A stretch of 64,000 nucleotides of DNA. Origin: a virus. This document shows, piece after piece, positions 43,519-53,302 of this stretch. The notes beneath the pieces were generated by a model that did no database searches, was not told the origin of the DNA, and worked only from the letters and a program-made list of their open reading frames with translations. A program made the translations under genes and the position numbers. The DNA lies in IMG/VR virus record IMGVR_UViG_3300044712_002679, positions 116,406-180,405 of that record; one strand, 5' to 3'. Every line of letters begins with the position of its first letter. Position 1 is the stretch's first letter.

Positions 43519-44823
43519 ATGTCAAAAAAATTAACAACAGAAGAATTCATTATTAAAGCCAAAGGTGTTCATGGTGATAAATATGATTATTCTAAAGTTG
43601 ATTATGTTAATAATCATATTAAAGTTACTATTATTTGTCCAATACATGGTATTTTTGAACAAACACCAAGTAATCATTTACAAGGTAAGAATTGTATTAA
43701 TTGTGGTTCTTATAATCAATCTAATACCATAAAAAATAAAAATATATCATTTGAAGAATCAAGAAATTTTGTTAGAAATCTTAATTTGAAATCGCAAAAA
43801 GAATGGAATAAATATATTAAATCAGGTAATAAACCTGATAATATTCCAAGTATGCCAAATCGAATATATAAAAATAAAGGTTGGATTAGTATGGGTGATT
43901 GGTTAGGAACTTTTACAATAGCATCATATAAAAAAATTTTTTTACCATTTGAAGAAGCAAGAATTTTTGCTAGAAATCTTAATTTAAATTCACAAAAAGA
44001 ATGGTTAAAATATCGAAAATCTGATAATAAACCTGATAATATTCCAAGTAATCCATATAGTGTATATAAAAATGATGGTTGGTTATCATGGGGTGATTGG
44101 TTAGGAACAAAAAATGATTTTAATGGATTTTTACCATTTGATGATGCTAGAAATTTTGCTAGAAATCTTAATTTAAAACCATATGATAAATGGAAAAAAT
44201 ATTGTAAATCAGGAAATAAACCTAACAATATTCCAAGTAGTCCTGATAAAGTATATAAAAATAAAGGTTGGATTGATTTTGGTGATTGGTTAGGTTATAA
44301 AAAAGATTTTTTATCATTTGAAGAAGCCAGAACTTTTGTTAGAAATCTTAATTTAAAATCACAAAAAGAATGGATTGAATATTGTAAATTAGGAAATATG
44401 TTAGATAATATACCAAGTAATCCACAACATACTTATAAAAATAAAGGTTGGATTAGTTGGGGTGATTGGTTAGGCACATTTACTATTTATAAAAACAATT
44501 TTTTACCATTTGAAGAAGCAAGAATATTCGCAAGAAATCTTAATTTAAAATACAAAAAGAAATGGATTGATTATTGTAAATATGGTAATAAACCAAATAA
44601 TATTCCATCTGATCCATATCGTACATATAAAAATAATGGATGGGTTAGTTTTGGTAATTGGTTAGGTACTGAATATTTATCGGAAGAAGAATTCCAACAA
44701 TTTATTATTGATAATTTTTCAGATGTTCATCCTGATGATATGAATAAATTTTATGAAATATGGTGGAATGATAATCAACCAATTAATTTACCAAAATATC
44801 CAAAAGAATATTATAATAAATAA
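43519..44823 (+). CDS. repeat-family protein 3: 1 Zn-ribbon module + ~6 repeats + tail variant
   Basis: HGDKYDYSKVDYVNNHIKVTIICPIHGIFEQTP..HLQGKNCINC then repeats; tail LSEEEFQQFIIDNFSDVHPDDM. Confidence 0.7.
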   Translation: MSKKLTTEEFIIKAKGVHGDKYDYSKVDYVNNHIKVTIICPIHGIFEQTPSNHLQGKNCINCGSYNQSNTIKNKNISFEESRNFVRNLNLKSQKEWNKYIKSGNKPDNIPSMPNRIYKNKGWISMGDWLGTFTIASYKKIFLPFEEARIFARNLNLNSQKEWLKYRKSDNKPDNIPSNPYSVYKNDGWLSWGDWLGTKNDFNGFLPFDDARNFARNLNLKPYDKWKKYCKSGNKPNNIPSSPDKVYKNKGWIDFGDWLGYKKDFLSFEEARTFVRNLNLKSQKEWIEYCKLGNMLDNIPSNPQHTYKNKGWISWGDWLGTFTIYKNNFLPFEEARIFARNLNLKYKKKWIDYCKYGNKPNNIPSDPYRTYKNNGWVSFGNWLGTEYLSEEEFQQFIIDNFSDVHPDDMNKFYEIWWNDNQPINLPKYPKEYYNK

Positions 44824-44877
44824 AATAAAAATTTTTTAAAAAACTTACAATAAATTTGCTTTTTCGTAATAAAAACT

Positions 44878-44885
44878 TATATTTG
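44878..44885 (+). promoter_or_regulatory. TATATTTG promoter-like element upstream of 44914
   Basis: TAnnTTTG. Confidence 0.4.
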
Positions 44886-44913
44886 CACAATGTTTAATTA
44901 AAAATATAAGTTT

Positions 44914-45546
44914 ATGAAAAAGTTTTTATCATTTGAAGAAGCAAAGGCATTTGCACAAAGTTTAAATTTAAAATCCTTAAAGGATTGGAAAGATTACTGT
45001 AAATCGGGTAACAAACCTAATAATATTCCAAATGATCCGTACAGTGCATATAAAAACAACAATTGGATTTCGTGGGGTGATTGGTTGGGTACATTTAGGG
45101 TTTCGAATAGGAACAAACAGTTCATATCTTTTGAAGAAGCAAAAGAAATTATCAAAAAATTAAATTTGAAAAACCGAAAAGATTATGAAAAATATCAATC
45201 AGATATGATTGAAAAACTTAATAATGCGACTGTACCAACAAATCCAAATGTTGTATATAGTAGTTCTTGGAAAAGTTGGAATGATTTTTTGGGTATAGAA
45301 CCAAATGAATTTCTTCCATTTGAAGAAGCAAGGAATTTTGTGCGATCACTTAATTTAAAAAGTGTTCGGGATTGGGAAAAATACAGAAAACAAAAACCTG
45401 ATAATATTCCATCTTTACCAAGTAGTTATTATAAAGAAAAATGGATAAATTGGGGGGATTGGTTAGGAACAAACAATGTTGCTACTAAATACGTATCATT
45501 CGAAGATGCAAAAAATATTGTTCGTAAATTAAAAGATTCAAAATGA
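44914..45546 (+). CDS. repeat-family protein 4 (short; ~3.5 repeats, no Zn ribbon, no tail)
   Basis: same repeat unit. Confidence 0.65.
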   Translation: MKKFLSFEEAKAFAQSLNLKSLKDWKDYCKSGNKPNNIPNDPYSAYKNNNWISWGDWLGTFRVSNRNKQFISFEEAKEIIKKLNLKNRKDYEKYQSDMIEKLNNATVPTNPNVVYSSSWKSWNDFLGIEPNEFLPFEEARNFVRSLNLKSVRDWEKYRKQKPDNIPSLPSSYYKEKWINWGDWLGTNNVATKYVSFEDAKNIVRKLKDSK

Positions 45547-46670
45547 AAAAGGAATTTTTACCATTTGAAGAAGCAAGAACATTCGTAAGATGCCTTAATT
45601 TAAAATCTTTTAAAGATTGGAAAAAATATTGTAAATCTGGAAATAAACCTATTAATATCCCATCTTGTCCTCATGTTATATATAAAAATGATTGGATTAG
45701 TTGGGGGGATTGGATAGGAACATTTTCAGTTCATACTAAAGAATTTTTACCTTTCGAAGAAGCAAGAAATTTTGTTTATACTAAAAATTTGAAAAATCAA
45801 GCTGAATGGTGGATATATTGTAAATCTGGAAATAAACCTGATAATGTGCCGTGTTCACCTGACATAATTTATAAAAATAATGGTTGGAATGGTTGGTATG
45901 ATTGGTTTGGATATGATAAAATATCGGTTTTAAAAAATAACTTCATAATAAAAGCTAACATTGTCCATAATAATAAATTTGATTATTCAAAAGTTAATTA
46001 TATTAATGTTAAAAATAAAGTTATAATTGGATGTCCCATACATGGTGATTTTGAACAAACTATAAATGGACATTTAAATGGTAGGGGGTGTTCAAAATGT
46101 GCTAAAATTGATTATAGATCATTTGAAAATGCTAGAAATTTTGTTCATTCTTTAAATTTACAAACGAATGCGGAATGGATAATTTTTAATAAAAGCGAAA
46201 ATATGCCTAAAGATATTCCACATAACCCAAATGTTGTATATAAAGATAATGGTTGGATTAGCATAGGTGATTGGTTAGGAACAAATTCAATTGCACCACA
46301 ATATATGAAATATAGAACATTTGAAGAAGCTAAAATTTTTGCACAAAAGCAAAATTTAAAATCTAAAGATGAATGGAAAGTATTTAAAAAATCCGAAAAT
46401 TTTCCTATTGATATACCTAAAAATCCAAACGTTACATATAAAGATAATGGATGGATTTCTTGGGGTGATTTTTTAGGTACATTTACATTAGCACCAAAAA
46501 ATATATCAAAAAATTATTTATCGGAAGAAGCAGCCAAACAATTTCTTATTGCTAATTTTTCAGATGTTCATCCCGATGATATGGATGATGCTTATGAAAA
46601 ATGGTGGAATAATAATCAACCAATTAATTTACCAAAACATATAAAATTACATTATAAATTGTTTTATTAA
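45543..46670 (+). CDS. repeat-family protein 5: repeats flanking an internal Zn-ribbon module + tail
   Basis: HNNKFDYSKVNYINVKNKVIIGCPIHGDFEQTINGHLNGRGCSKC internal; tail LSEEAAKQFLIANFSDVHPDDM. Confidence 0.65.
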   Translation: MKKEFLPFEEARTFVRCLNLKSFKDWKKYCKSGNKPINIPSCPHVIYKNDWISWGDWIGTFSVHTKEFLPFEEARNFVYTKNLKNQAEWWIYCKSGNKPDNVPCSPDIIYKNNGWNGWYDWFGYDKISVLKNNFIIKANIVHNNKFDYSKVNYINVKNKVIIGCPIHGDFEQTINGHLNGRGCSKCAKIDYRSFENARNFVHSLNLQTNAEWIIFNKSENMPKDIPHNPNVVYKDNGWISIGDWLGTNSIAPQYMKYRTFEEAKIFAQKQNLKSKDEWKVFKKSENFPIDIPKNPNVTYKDNGWISWGDFLGTFTLAPKNISKNYLSEEAAKQFLIANFSDVHPDDMDDAYEKWWNNNQPINLPKHIKLHYKLFY

Positions 46671-46673
46671 AAA

Positions 46674-47426
46674 ATGAAAAAGGAATTCTTATTATTTGAA
46701 GAAGCTAGAAATTTTGTTAGAAATCTTAAATTAAAATCACAAAAAGAATGGAACAAATATATTAAATCAGGAAATAAACCTGATAATATTCCAAGTGATC
46801 CATATATTGCTTATAAAGATAATGGTTGGCTTAATTGGGGTGATTGGTTAGGTACATTTACTATAAAAAATAAAGATTTTTTACCATTTGAAGAATCAAG
46901 AAATTTTGTTAGAACACTTAAATTTAACAATAGAAAAAAATGGAAATTGTATTGTAAATCTGGTAAACCTGATAATATTCCAAGTAATCCAAACGTTGTA
47001 TATAAAGATAATGGTTGGTATAATTGGGGTGATTGGTTAGGAACATATACAATTGCAACATTTAATAAAGAATATTTATCATTTTATGATGCTAAAATAT
47101 ATGTTCATACATTAAATTTAAAAACCAAAATTGAATATGTTAAATATATTAAATCTGGTAATAAACCTGATAATATTCCAAGTGATCCATATAAGGTTTA
47201 TTACGATAAAGGTTGGATTAATTGGGGTGATTGGTTAGGTACATTTACTATTTCAAATCAAAATAAACAATTATATTATTTATCAGAAGAAGAATTTCAA
47301 CAATTTATTATTGCTAATTTTTCAGATATTCATCCAGATGATATGGATGAAGCTTATAGTAATTTTTGGAATAAAAATGAACCTATAAATTTACCAAAAT
47401 ATCCAAAAATATTTTATAATCAATAA
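46674..47426 (+). CDS. repeat-family protein 6: 4 repeats + tail
   Basis: same repeat and tail. Confidence 0.65.
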   Translation: MKKEFLLFEEARNFVRNLKLKSQKEWNKYIKSGNKPDNIPSDPYIAYKDNGWLNWGDWLGTFTIKNKDFLPFEESRNFVRTLKFNNRKKWKLYCKSGKPDNIPSNPNVVYKDNGWYNWGDWLGTYTIATFNKEYLSFYDAKIYVHTLNLKTKIEYVKYIKSGNKPDNIPSDPYKVYYDKGWINWGDWLGTFTISNQNKQLYYLSEEEFQQFIIANFSDIHPDDMDEAYSNFWNKNEPINLPKYPKIFYNQ

Positions 47427-47434
47427 AAAATGTT

Positions 47435-47442
47435 TATATTTG
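47435..47442 (+). promoter_or_regulatory. TATATTTG promoter-like element upstream of 47458
   Basis: TAnnTTTG. Confidence 0.4.
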
Positions 47443-47457
47443 TATTAAATTTATAAA

Positions 47458-50097
47458 ATGAAAAAAGTACCAAATAATGAATGGTGGTATGTTATTAAAA
47501 ATGAACAACCACCACGATTACAAAAGTTAGAATTGTTAAATAAATTGGAACATGATTTAAAATATTGTGAACCATATGAACTTCAACTAATAATTGATTC
47601 TGGCTTGATTCCAAAAGAATTTAGTGAAGTTATTAAATATGAAGCAGGATCAAGTGGTCGATTAAAAATTTTTGAAAAATTAAAAGAAAAATTTGAAGAT
47701 CCATTCTATAAAGATAATAATGAATCAGAATCAGAATCAGAATCAGAATCAAAAACAGATGAAGAAATTAATCAAAAAGATGAAATTGATGCTACAATCA
47801 CAGAAGAAAATAATGAAACTGAACCATCTTTACCATCGTTAACAATTATTCAAGATTTATATAATATTGATAATTATAATTATAATGCAGATGATGAACG
47901 TTTAGAAGCATTAATTCAATTTAAATTAAGAAAGGCTTGGAATACCGCATTAAATGATAATAATTTTATATCTTTATTAAAAGATAAAGATGGTGGTGAA
48001 AGATATAATATTATCAAACAATTGTTTTTTGATGAATATGATGAAGTTATTAAATATATACCACCTAAAGGTTACAATTTTAAAATAGAAAATAAAATAG
48101 CACCGCCATTGTTAATGCAATCATTAACCGTATATAGATTATTGAAATATAAAATATATGGTAATTGGTCTGGAACTGGTGCAGGAAAAACATTATCTTA
48201 CATATTAGCAAGTAGATCAATTGATGCTAAAATTACATTAGTTGTTGTTTTGAATTCAATTATAAAGCAAACAGTACGAGTAATAAATTCAGTATATCCT
48301 GATAGTGTTATATATACACAATATGATAAAAAATTAAAAATTGACACATCAAAAAATAATTATATCATATTGAATTATGAAAAATTTCAACAAAATTATT
48401 CTGAAGAATTATATCAACATTTAAATATTAATCATAAAATTGATTTTATTGTAATTGATGAAATTCATAATATAAAACATAGAGAAGATGGCAGAAAGCC
48501 AAAAGATGATCCAAAAGAATCAATTAGACGACAAGTTTTGAGTAGGATTATTGGTAGATCAAAAGAAAAAAATCCAAACTTATATCTTTTAGCGTTGTCA
48601 GCAACACCCATAATAAATGATATATCAGAAGCAAAATCATTATTAGAATTAATGACAGGATATTCTTATGATGATATAGGTAATAGTCCTACTATTGATA
48701 ATGGAAGAGAAATGTTTAAAGCATTATCATTAAATGGGCTAAGATATATTCCAAAATATGATATAACGATAAATGAATTAAATGGACACAATACACCCGA
48801 ATTGAATATTAATGGTGATCATTTAGCTGATCAATTATCAAATATATCATCTAAAAAAACATTAGATATTGAAAAAATTTTAATTCCTGATAAATTAAAT
48901 GCGATTAAAAAATTTTTAAAGAAAGGTACTGTCATTTATTCATATTTTAAAACTGATATTATAAATCAAGTAATATCATATGTTGAAGATTTGGGATTTA
49001 AAATCGGAACATATACAGGTGATGATGATGTTGATGATAGAGATAAAACTTTTGAAAAGTTTAAAAATGGTGAAATTGATATTCTTATTGGAACAAAACC
49101 AATTGGTACAGGATTAGATGAATTGCAAAAATGTTGTAATCAGATGATATTACTTAATTTACCTTGGACTCATGCTGAATATATTCAACTTATTGGTCGT
49201 TTGATAAGAAAAGGTAATTTATTTGAAAAAGTTGATATTATCATTCCACAAATTAAAATAAATTTAGATAATGATGTTTGGTCTTGGGATATTCAAAGGT
49301 TCAATCGCATAAAGTTCAAAAAAACATTATCAGATTTAGTTATTGATGGTATAATACCATCAGATAAAATGCCATCAATTGAAACAATGCGCAGACAAGC
49401 TATTCAAGCATTACAGAATTGGAAAGATCGAATTGCATCAGGTAATATTATTGAAATTAACAGAAAGAAATTAGAAATTGATTTATATCCAGAAATTTTA
49501 GATTATAGTCAAAAACTTGAACATATTAATTCCGAACTTCAAGATATTATAAGAAAAGCTAAAACTAGTAAATCTAGCACAACACATAAAGAATTTATTA
49601 CTAAACCCGAAAATTGGTTTAGATATCATGCATTAAGAGATGAAAGTATGAAATCCTGGTCTGAAATTCCATATGAATACATAGCCAAGAAAATAAAAAA
49701 TAAACGCCATTATGTTGCTGATTTTGGTTGTGGTGAAAACAAATTAAAAGATTTGATTCCTAAGAATAAAGTTATTTCTTTTGATCATATTGCATTTGAT
49801 GATACAGTACACGCATGTGATATGAAAGATGTTAGTGAATATATTAAAGATGAAGAACTTGACATTGCAGTATTTAGTTTAGCACTTTGGGGGATAAATT
49901 ACAAAGATTATTTGGTTGAAGCATATAGAACATTGTGTTATGGTGGGTTTATTTATATTGCAGAACCATCTAAAAAATATGATGGTGAAGATGGACAAGA
50001 AGAATTAAAAAAATTGATAGTTGAAGCAGGATTTAAGTTGGTTGGTGATATTGAAACTAGAGGAAAATTCATTTACATTACAGGAACTAAAGTATAA
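47458..50097 (+). CDS. SF2 helicase fused to C-terminal Rrp8-type (Methyltransf_8) SAM-dependent methyltransferase
   Basis: helicase motifs GTGAGKT (I), VIDEIH (II), SAT (III), QLIGRLIRKG (VI); C-terminal VADFGCGENKL ... ACDM ... DIAVFSLALWGINYKDYLVEAYRTLCYGGFIYIAEP ... AGFKLV aligns by eye with yeast/human Rrp8 catalytic domain. Confidence 0.7.
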   Translation: MKKVPNNEWWYVIKNEQPPRLQKLELLNKLEHDLKYCEPYELQLIIDSGLIPKEFSEVIKYEAGSSGRLKIFEKLKEKFEDPFYKDNNESESESESESKTDEEINQKDEIDATITEENNETEPSLPSLTIIQDLYNIDNYNYNADDERLEALIQFKLRKAWNTALNDNNFISLLKDKDGGERYNIIKQLFFDEYDEVIKYIPPKGYNFKIENKIAPPLLMQSLTVYRLLKYKIYGNWSGTGAGKTLSYILASRSIDAKITLVVVLNSIIKQTVRVINSVYPDSVIYTQYDKKLKIDTSKNNYIILNYEKFQQNYSEELYQHLNINHKIDFIVIDEIHNIKHREDGRKPKDDPKESIRRQVLSRIIGRSKEKNPNLYLLALSATPIINDISEAKSLLELMTGYSYDDIGNSPTIDNGREMFKALSLNGLRYIPKYDITINELNGHNTPELNINGDHLADQLSNISSKKTLDIEKILIPDKLNAIKKFLKKGTVIYSYFKTDIINQVISYVEDLGFKIGTYTGDDDVDDRDKTFEKFKNGEIDILIGTKPIGTGLDELQKCCNQMILLNLPWTHAEYIQLIGRLIRKGNLFEKVDIIIPQIKINLDNDVWSWDIQRFNRIKFKKTLSDLVIDGIIPSDKMPSIETMRRQAIQALQNWKDRIASGNIIEINRKKLEIDLYPEILDYSQKLEHINSELQDIIRKAKTSKSSTTHKEFITKPENWFRYHALRDESMKSWSEIPYEYIAKKIKNKRHYVADFGCGENKLKDLIPKNKVISFDHIAFDDTVHACDMKDVSEYIKDEELDIAVFSLALWGINYKDYLVEAYRTLCYGGFIYIAEPSKKYDGEDGQEELKKLIVEAGFKLVGDIETRGKFIYITGTKV

Positions 50098-50376
50098 ATT
50101 AAAAATATGAAAGAAGATGAAAAAAGTGTAATTGGGGATTTCACAATAAACATTGTGTTATATATTATGATATTAAAACCTGTATTAAAACTAAAACCAG
50201 GTTTTTGGGAATATCTAAAGGAATCTGATTATTTGGATAAAATATGTTATATAGAAAACGATCAAACGATTTATTTTAATTGATGGAATATATTTTAAAG
50301 AATAAATTAGTATATGTTTAGCATGTTTTAATGATATAAGAATTGCACATAATTATTTAAATGATACGAATTAAAA

Positions 50377-50694
50377 TTGGCAAAAAAGTTAAAATATGGT
50401 AGGGAAGTTGTTTGGATAAATCACAATCGAAAAAGATTTAGCAAATCTGAACGGGAATTTATATTTAAACGGGACAATTATATTTGTCAATTATGTAAAA
50501 AAGATTTATATTTGTATCCACATAAACGAATATTAGATCACAAAGTACCATTATCTCAACTTGGGTCGAATGATTTTACTAACATATGGTTATTGTGTGA
50601 TGAATGTGATAAAAATAAAAAATCAGAAATATTACCATCTGTGATTAAAGAAAGATTATTATTTTTGCAAAATAAATATGGTCACATTAAATGA
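50377..50694 (+). CDS. HNH endonuclease (small)
   Basis: CQLC...DHKVPLSQLGSNDFTNIWLLCDECDKNK. Confidence 0.65.
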   Translation: MAKKLKYGREVVWINHNRKRFSKSEREFIFKRDNYICQLCKKDLYLYPHKRILDHKVPLSQLGSNDFTNIWLLCDECDKNKKSEILPSVIKERLLFLQNKYGHIK

Positions 50695-51119
50695 CACGAA
50701 TTAATTCATCAATTAAGCCTAGAAATCTAACAGATCAGCATTTAATAGCTGAACTTCGGGAATTACCAAGGATATTCACAGCAGTTAATAAACGTTTAAT
50801 TTTGGGAAGGTCATTTAATGATATTCCAAAGGAATTTACTTTAGGTGTTGGGCATTGTAAATTTTTCTACGATAAATTGGATTTTTTATATTTACGACAC
50901 ATAGAATTAAAAAACGAATATTTGTTAAGATTCGATAAAAAATGGAAATATGACATAGAATATTTATGTCGATTTAAATCATATATTCCGACTGACAAAG
51001 AAAGGCGAATTCTTATTGATCGTATATCACAACGAATACTAGATAGTAGTCAAATTCCAAGATATTATGGTAAATCCATATCAAAAGATGATGCAATTGA
51101 AATTTTACAAAATTGTTAA
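50691..51119 (+). CDS. hypothetical protein (142 aa)
   Basis: ATGA overlap with HNH gene. Confidence 0.45.
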   Translation: MTRINSSIKPRNLTDQHLIAELRELPRIFTAVNKRLILGRSFNDIPKEFTLGVGHCKFFYDKLDFLYLRHIELKNEYLLRFDKKWKYDIEYLCRFKSYIPTDKERRILIDRISQRILDSSQIPRYYGKSISKDDAIEILQNC

Positions 51120-51197
51120 ATTTTTTTGTCAATTTTTTGCATAATTAAAATATCTTATTTATGTTTGTGTGTTATAGAAAATGTATAAAGATATATT

Positions 51198-51482
51198 ATG
51201 GAAAGAACGATAGGTGATGGTTTTTTTGTATCAAAAGATGAAAATGGTAATGATTGCAAAATTGGTGATAGTGTCATAATATCAGAACCACCTTGTAGAA
51301 TTTATAGTAGTGAACGAAATGCATATATTGAAACCGAACGTAAAAATTACGAAGGTATTTTAATGCTTAGTTTAGAAAATGGATATTATTTAAAAGGTGA
51401 TGGAATTCATTTTCAACCACCAAAACACGGAACACCAAGTATTTTTGGTGGAAAAGAACTATGGTTGTGGCGACTTAAATAA
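51198..51482 (+). CDS. hypothetical protein (94 aa)
   Basis: ORF. Confidence 0.4.
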   Translation: MERTIGDGFFVSKDENGNDCKIGDSVIISEPPCRIYSSERNAYIETERKNYEGILMLSLENGYYLKGDGIHFQPPKHGTPSIFGGKELWLWRLK

Positions 51483-51490
51483 AATAAGAT

Positions 51491-51763
51491 ATGAAAGAAT
51501 ATATTTGTTATAGAACCAAAGATTTAGAAGGTGATATTTGGTGTGAAAGAGCATTTTTATTTGAACGTGGTCAAGATGTAGAAAGATTTTTCACAAAAGA
51601 AAAAATTGCTGAATTATTTTTTGAAGGTGAGATTGAAAGTGTAAGGTCTATTGTTTTTCACAAGGTTAATCCAACTAATGAAACACCATATAACATTGAA
51701 ATAAATGGTGGTGATGTCGAAATAGTTGCAATGTTTAATGGTATTTTTATTAAATCTTTTTAA
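51491..51763 (+). CDS. hypothetical protein (90 aa)
   Basis: ORF. Confidence 0.4.
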   Translation: MKEYICYRTKDLEGDIWCERAFLFERGQDVERFFTKEKIAELFFEGEIESVRSIVFHKVNPTNETPYNIEINGGDVEIVAMFNGIFIKSF

Positions 51764-51764
51764 T

Positions 51765-52613
51765 ATGACAGTTGTCGAAAAAATTCACAATGACATTGAT
51801 TCAGCACAAATTAGACTTTTGGCTGAATGTAAAAAAAATGTTATTTCCATAGAAATGGAAGAAAAAAGTAGTGGTATTATAGAAAAAGCAGAAAGACTAA
51901 AAAAGTTAGGATTTGTTAATAATATTGAAGTTAAAAATGTCGAAAAAACATTAGAAATTTTAACATTAAGTAAAAAACAAATTGAATATTTAGAATATTT
52001 AACAAATAAGTATCCTTTTCATAAATTTATTACAATTGATGAATTTGATAAAATTTGTAAAAAATATAAATTAATTTATGCATCAGTTGATAATTATTTA
52101 AAAGAAGTTCCGAATAAAAATTTGTTAGAAATTGAAAATGGAAAACAATTAGAATCTGTTGATAAATTGGGGGTAGGGTATAAAATTGAAATCGTTAATG
52201 ATGTTGTAATTTGTGATAAATTTCTTAAAATGTTTAACCTTGATGAAAATTTTATAACAGATGATGAAGTTAAAGAATTACATTTAAAATATCGGAAATC
52301 TGAACCTAAAAATTGGTACTTTAGGGATGATTCATCTATGGTATTTTATGATGCTATGAAAGAAACTGGATTAAATTTTAATATTAAAAAATATTCGGAA
52401 ATTAATAAAAATGGATATTTTATTGCTGCACCAAAATCGCATTTTAATTTAAGGGGATTAAAATCCCAAGGATTAGGATACTTTTTAAATAAAACTTTCG
52501 AAGTAAAGGATCCAATTGTTTTTCAATATTGTAAAAATAAATTTTTGAGGATTGAAACTAAGTGGGGATTAGAAGCTGAAGATGATAATTTAATATTACC
52601 AATATCAAACTAA
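51765..52613 (+). CDS. hypothetical protein (~283 aa)
   Basis: start moved to ATG 51765 (MTVVEK) right after the upstream stop. Confidence 0.45.
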   Translation: MTVVEKIHNDIDSAQIRLLAECKKNVISIEMEEKSSGIIEKAERLKKLGFVNNIEVKNVEKTLEILTLSKKQIEYLEYLTNKYPFHKFITIDEFDKICKKYKLIYASVDNYLKEVPNKNLLEIENGKQLESVDKLGVGYKIEIVNDVVICDKFLKMFNLDENFITDDEVKELHLKYRKSEPKNWYFRDDSSMVFYDAMKETGLNFNIKKYSEINKNGYFIAAPKSHFNLRGLKSQGLGYFLNKTFEVKDPIVFQYCKNKFLRIETKWGLEAEDDNLILPISN

Positions 52614-52723
52614 TGACTAAGAAGAAAATAATTTTGTATTATGTTATTATGTGTATTTTATTGCTTGTTGTAGGATTATCAATAATAATTTCAAGTTTAT
52701 TGTAATAATTGAAATAATTTTAT

Positions 52724-52731
52724 TATATTTG
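52724..52731 (+). promoter_or_regulatory. TATATTTG promoter-like element upstream of 52756
   Basis: TAnnTTTG. Confidence 0.4.
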
Positions 52732-52755
52732 CATCGTAAATAAATACTCAAGAAT

Positions 52756-53109
52756 ATGAAAGAATATAAACTTTGGTTGAATCCAGAAAAATTTAAAGTC
52801 GTTGGATATTATCCATACACATCAGGTGTAGAAAGAAAAATATTATCACAATGTCATAATTACAAAACAGATGATCATGATTATCTTGATGATTTTTGTA
52901 ATTCTGTAAAAGATATGGCAATAGCCAAAGGTTGTGTTTGGGATAATAAGGTTGTTATCGAACTCGAACCAATATCGACAAATCATAATCACGTTAAAGC
53001 ATCCAATATTTTTGTTGGTTGTTATGATGGTCTTTGGTCAGTTGGATTGGGTGTTTGGCAAGATGTGTGGCTTGAAAAAAATGGTGCAAATAAATATTTT
53101 ACGGAATGA
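52756..53109 (+). CDS. hypothetical protein (117 aa)
   Basis: ORF. Confidence 0.45.
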   Translation: MKEYKLWLNPEKFKVVGYYPYTSGVERKILSQCHNYKTDDHDYLDDFCNSVKDMAIAKGCVWDNKVVIELEPISTNHNHVKASNIFVGCYDGLWSVGLGVWQDVWLEKNGANKYFTE

Positions 53110-53294
53110 AAAAAATACCAATTGAACTACAAATAATTTTTAAAATCCTTGGATATTGTATTTTAGGCATCCTTCTTGGGATGATATTAGTATATATTTT
53201 AGGAACATCAAAAGGTACACCACAGGAAAAGGAATGGCATTTCAGGGATAGTGTAAATAAAGCTTGGGTTTATAAACACGATAGTATAAAATAG
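53106..53294 (+). CDS. small membrane protein (62 aa, one TM)
   Basis: ILGYCILGILLGMILVYILG hydrophobic helix. Confidence 0.4.
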   Translation: MKKIPIELQIIFKILGYCILGILLGMILVYILGTSKGTPQEKEWHFRDSVNKAWVYKHDSIK

Positions 53295-53302
53295 TTTAAA
53301 TT

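Noticed and set aside
43716-44228. 170-aa minus-strand ORF inside the repeat-protein array
   Set aside because: It is antisense to 43519-44823. Its open frame is a by-product of the periodic repeat and the codon bias, and it has no independent start or promoter context.
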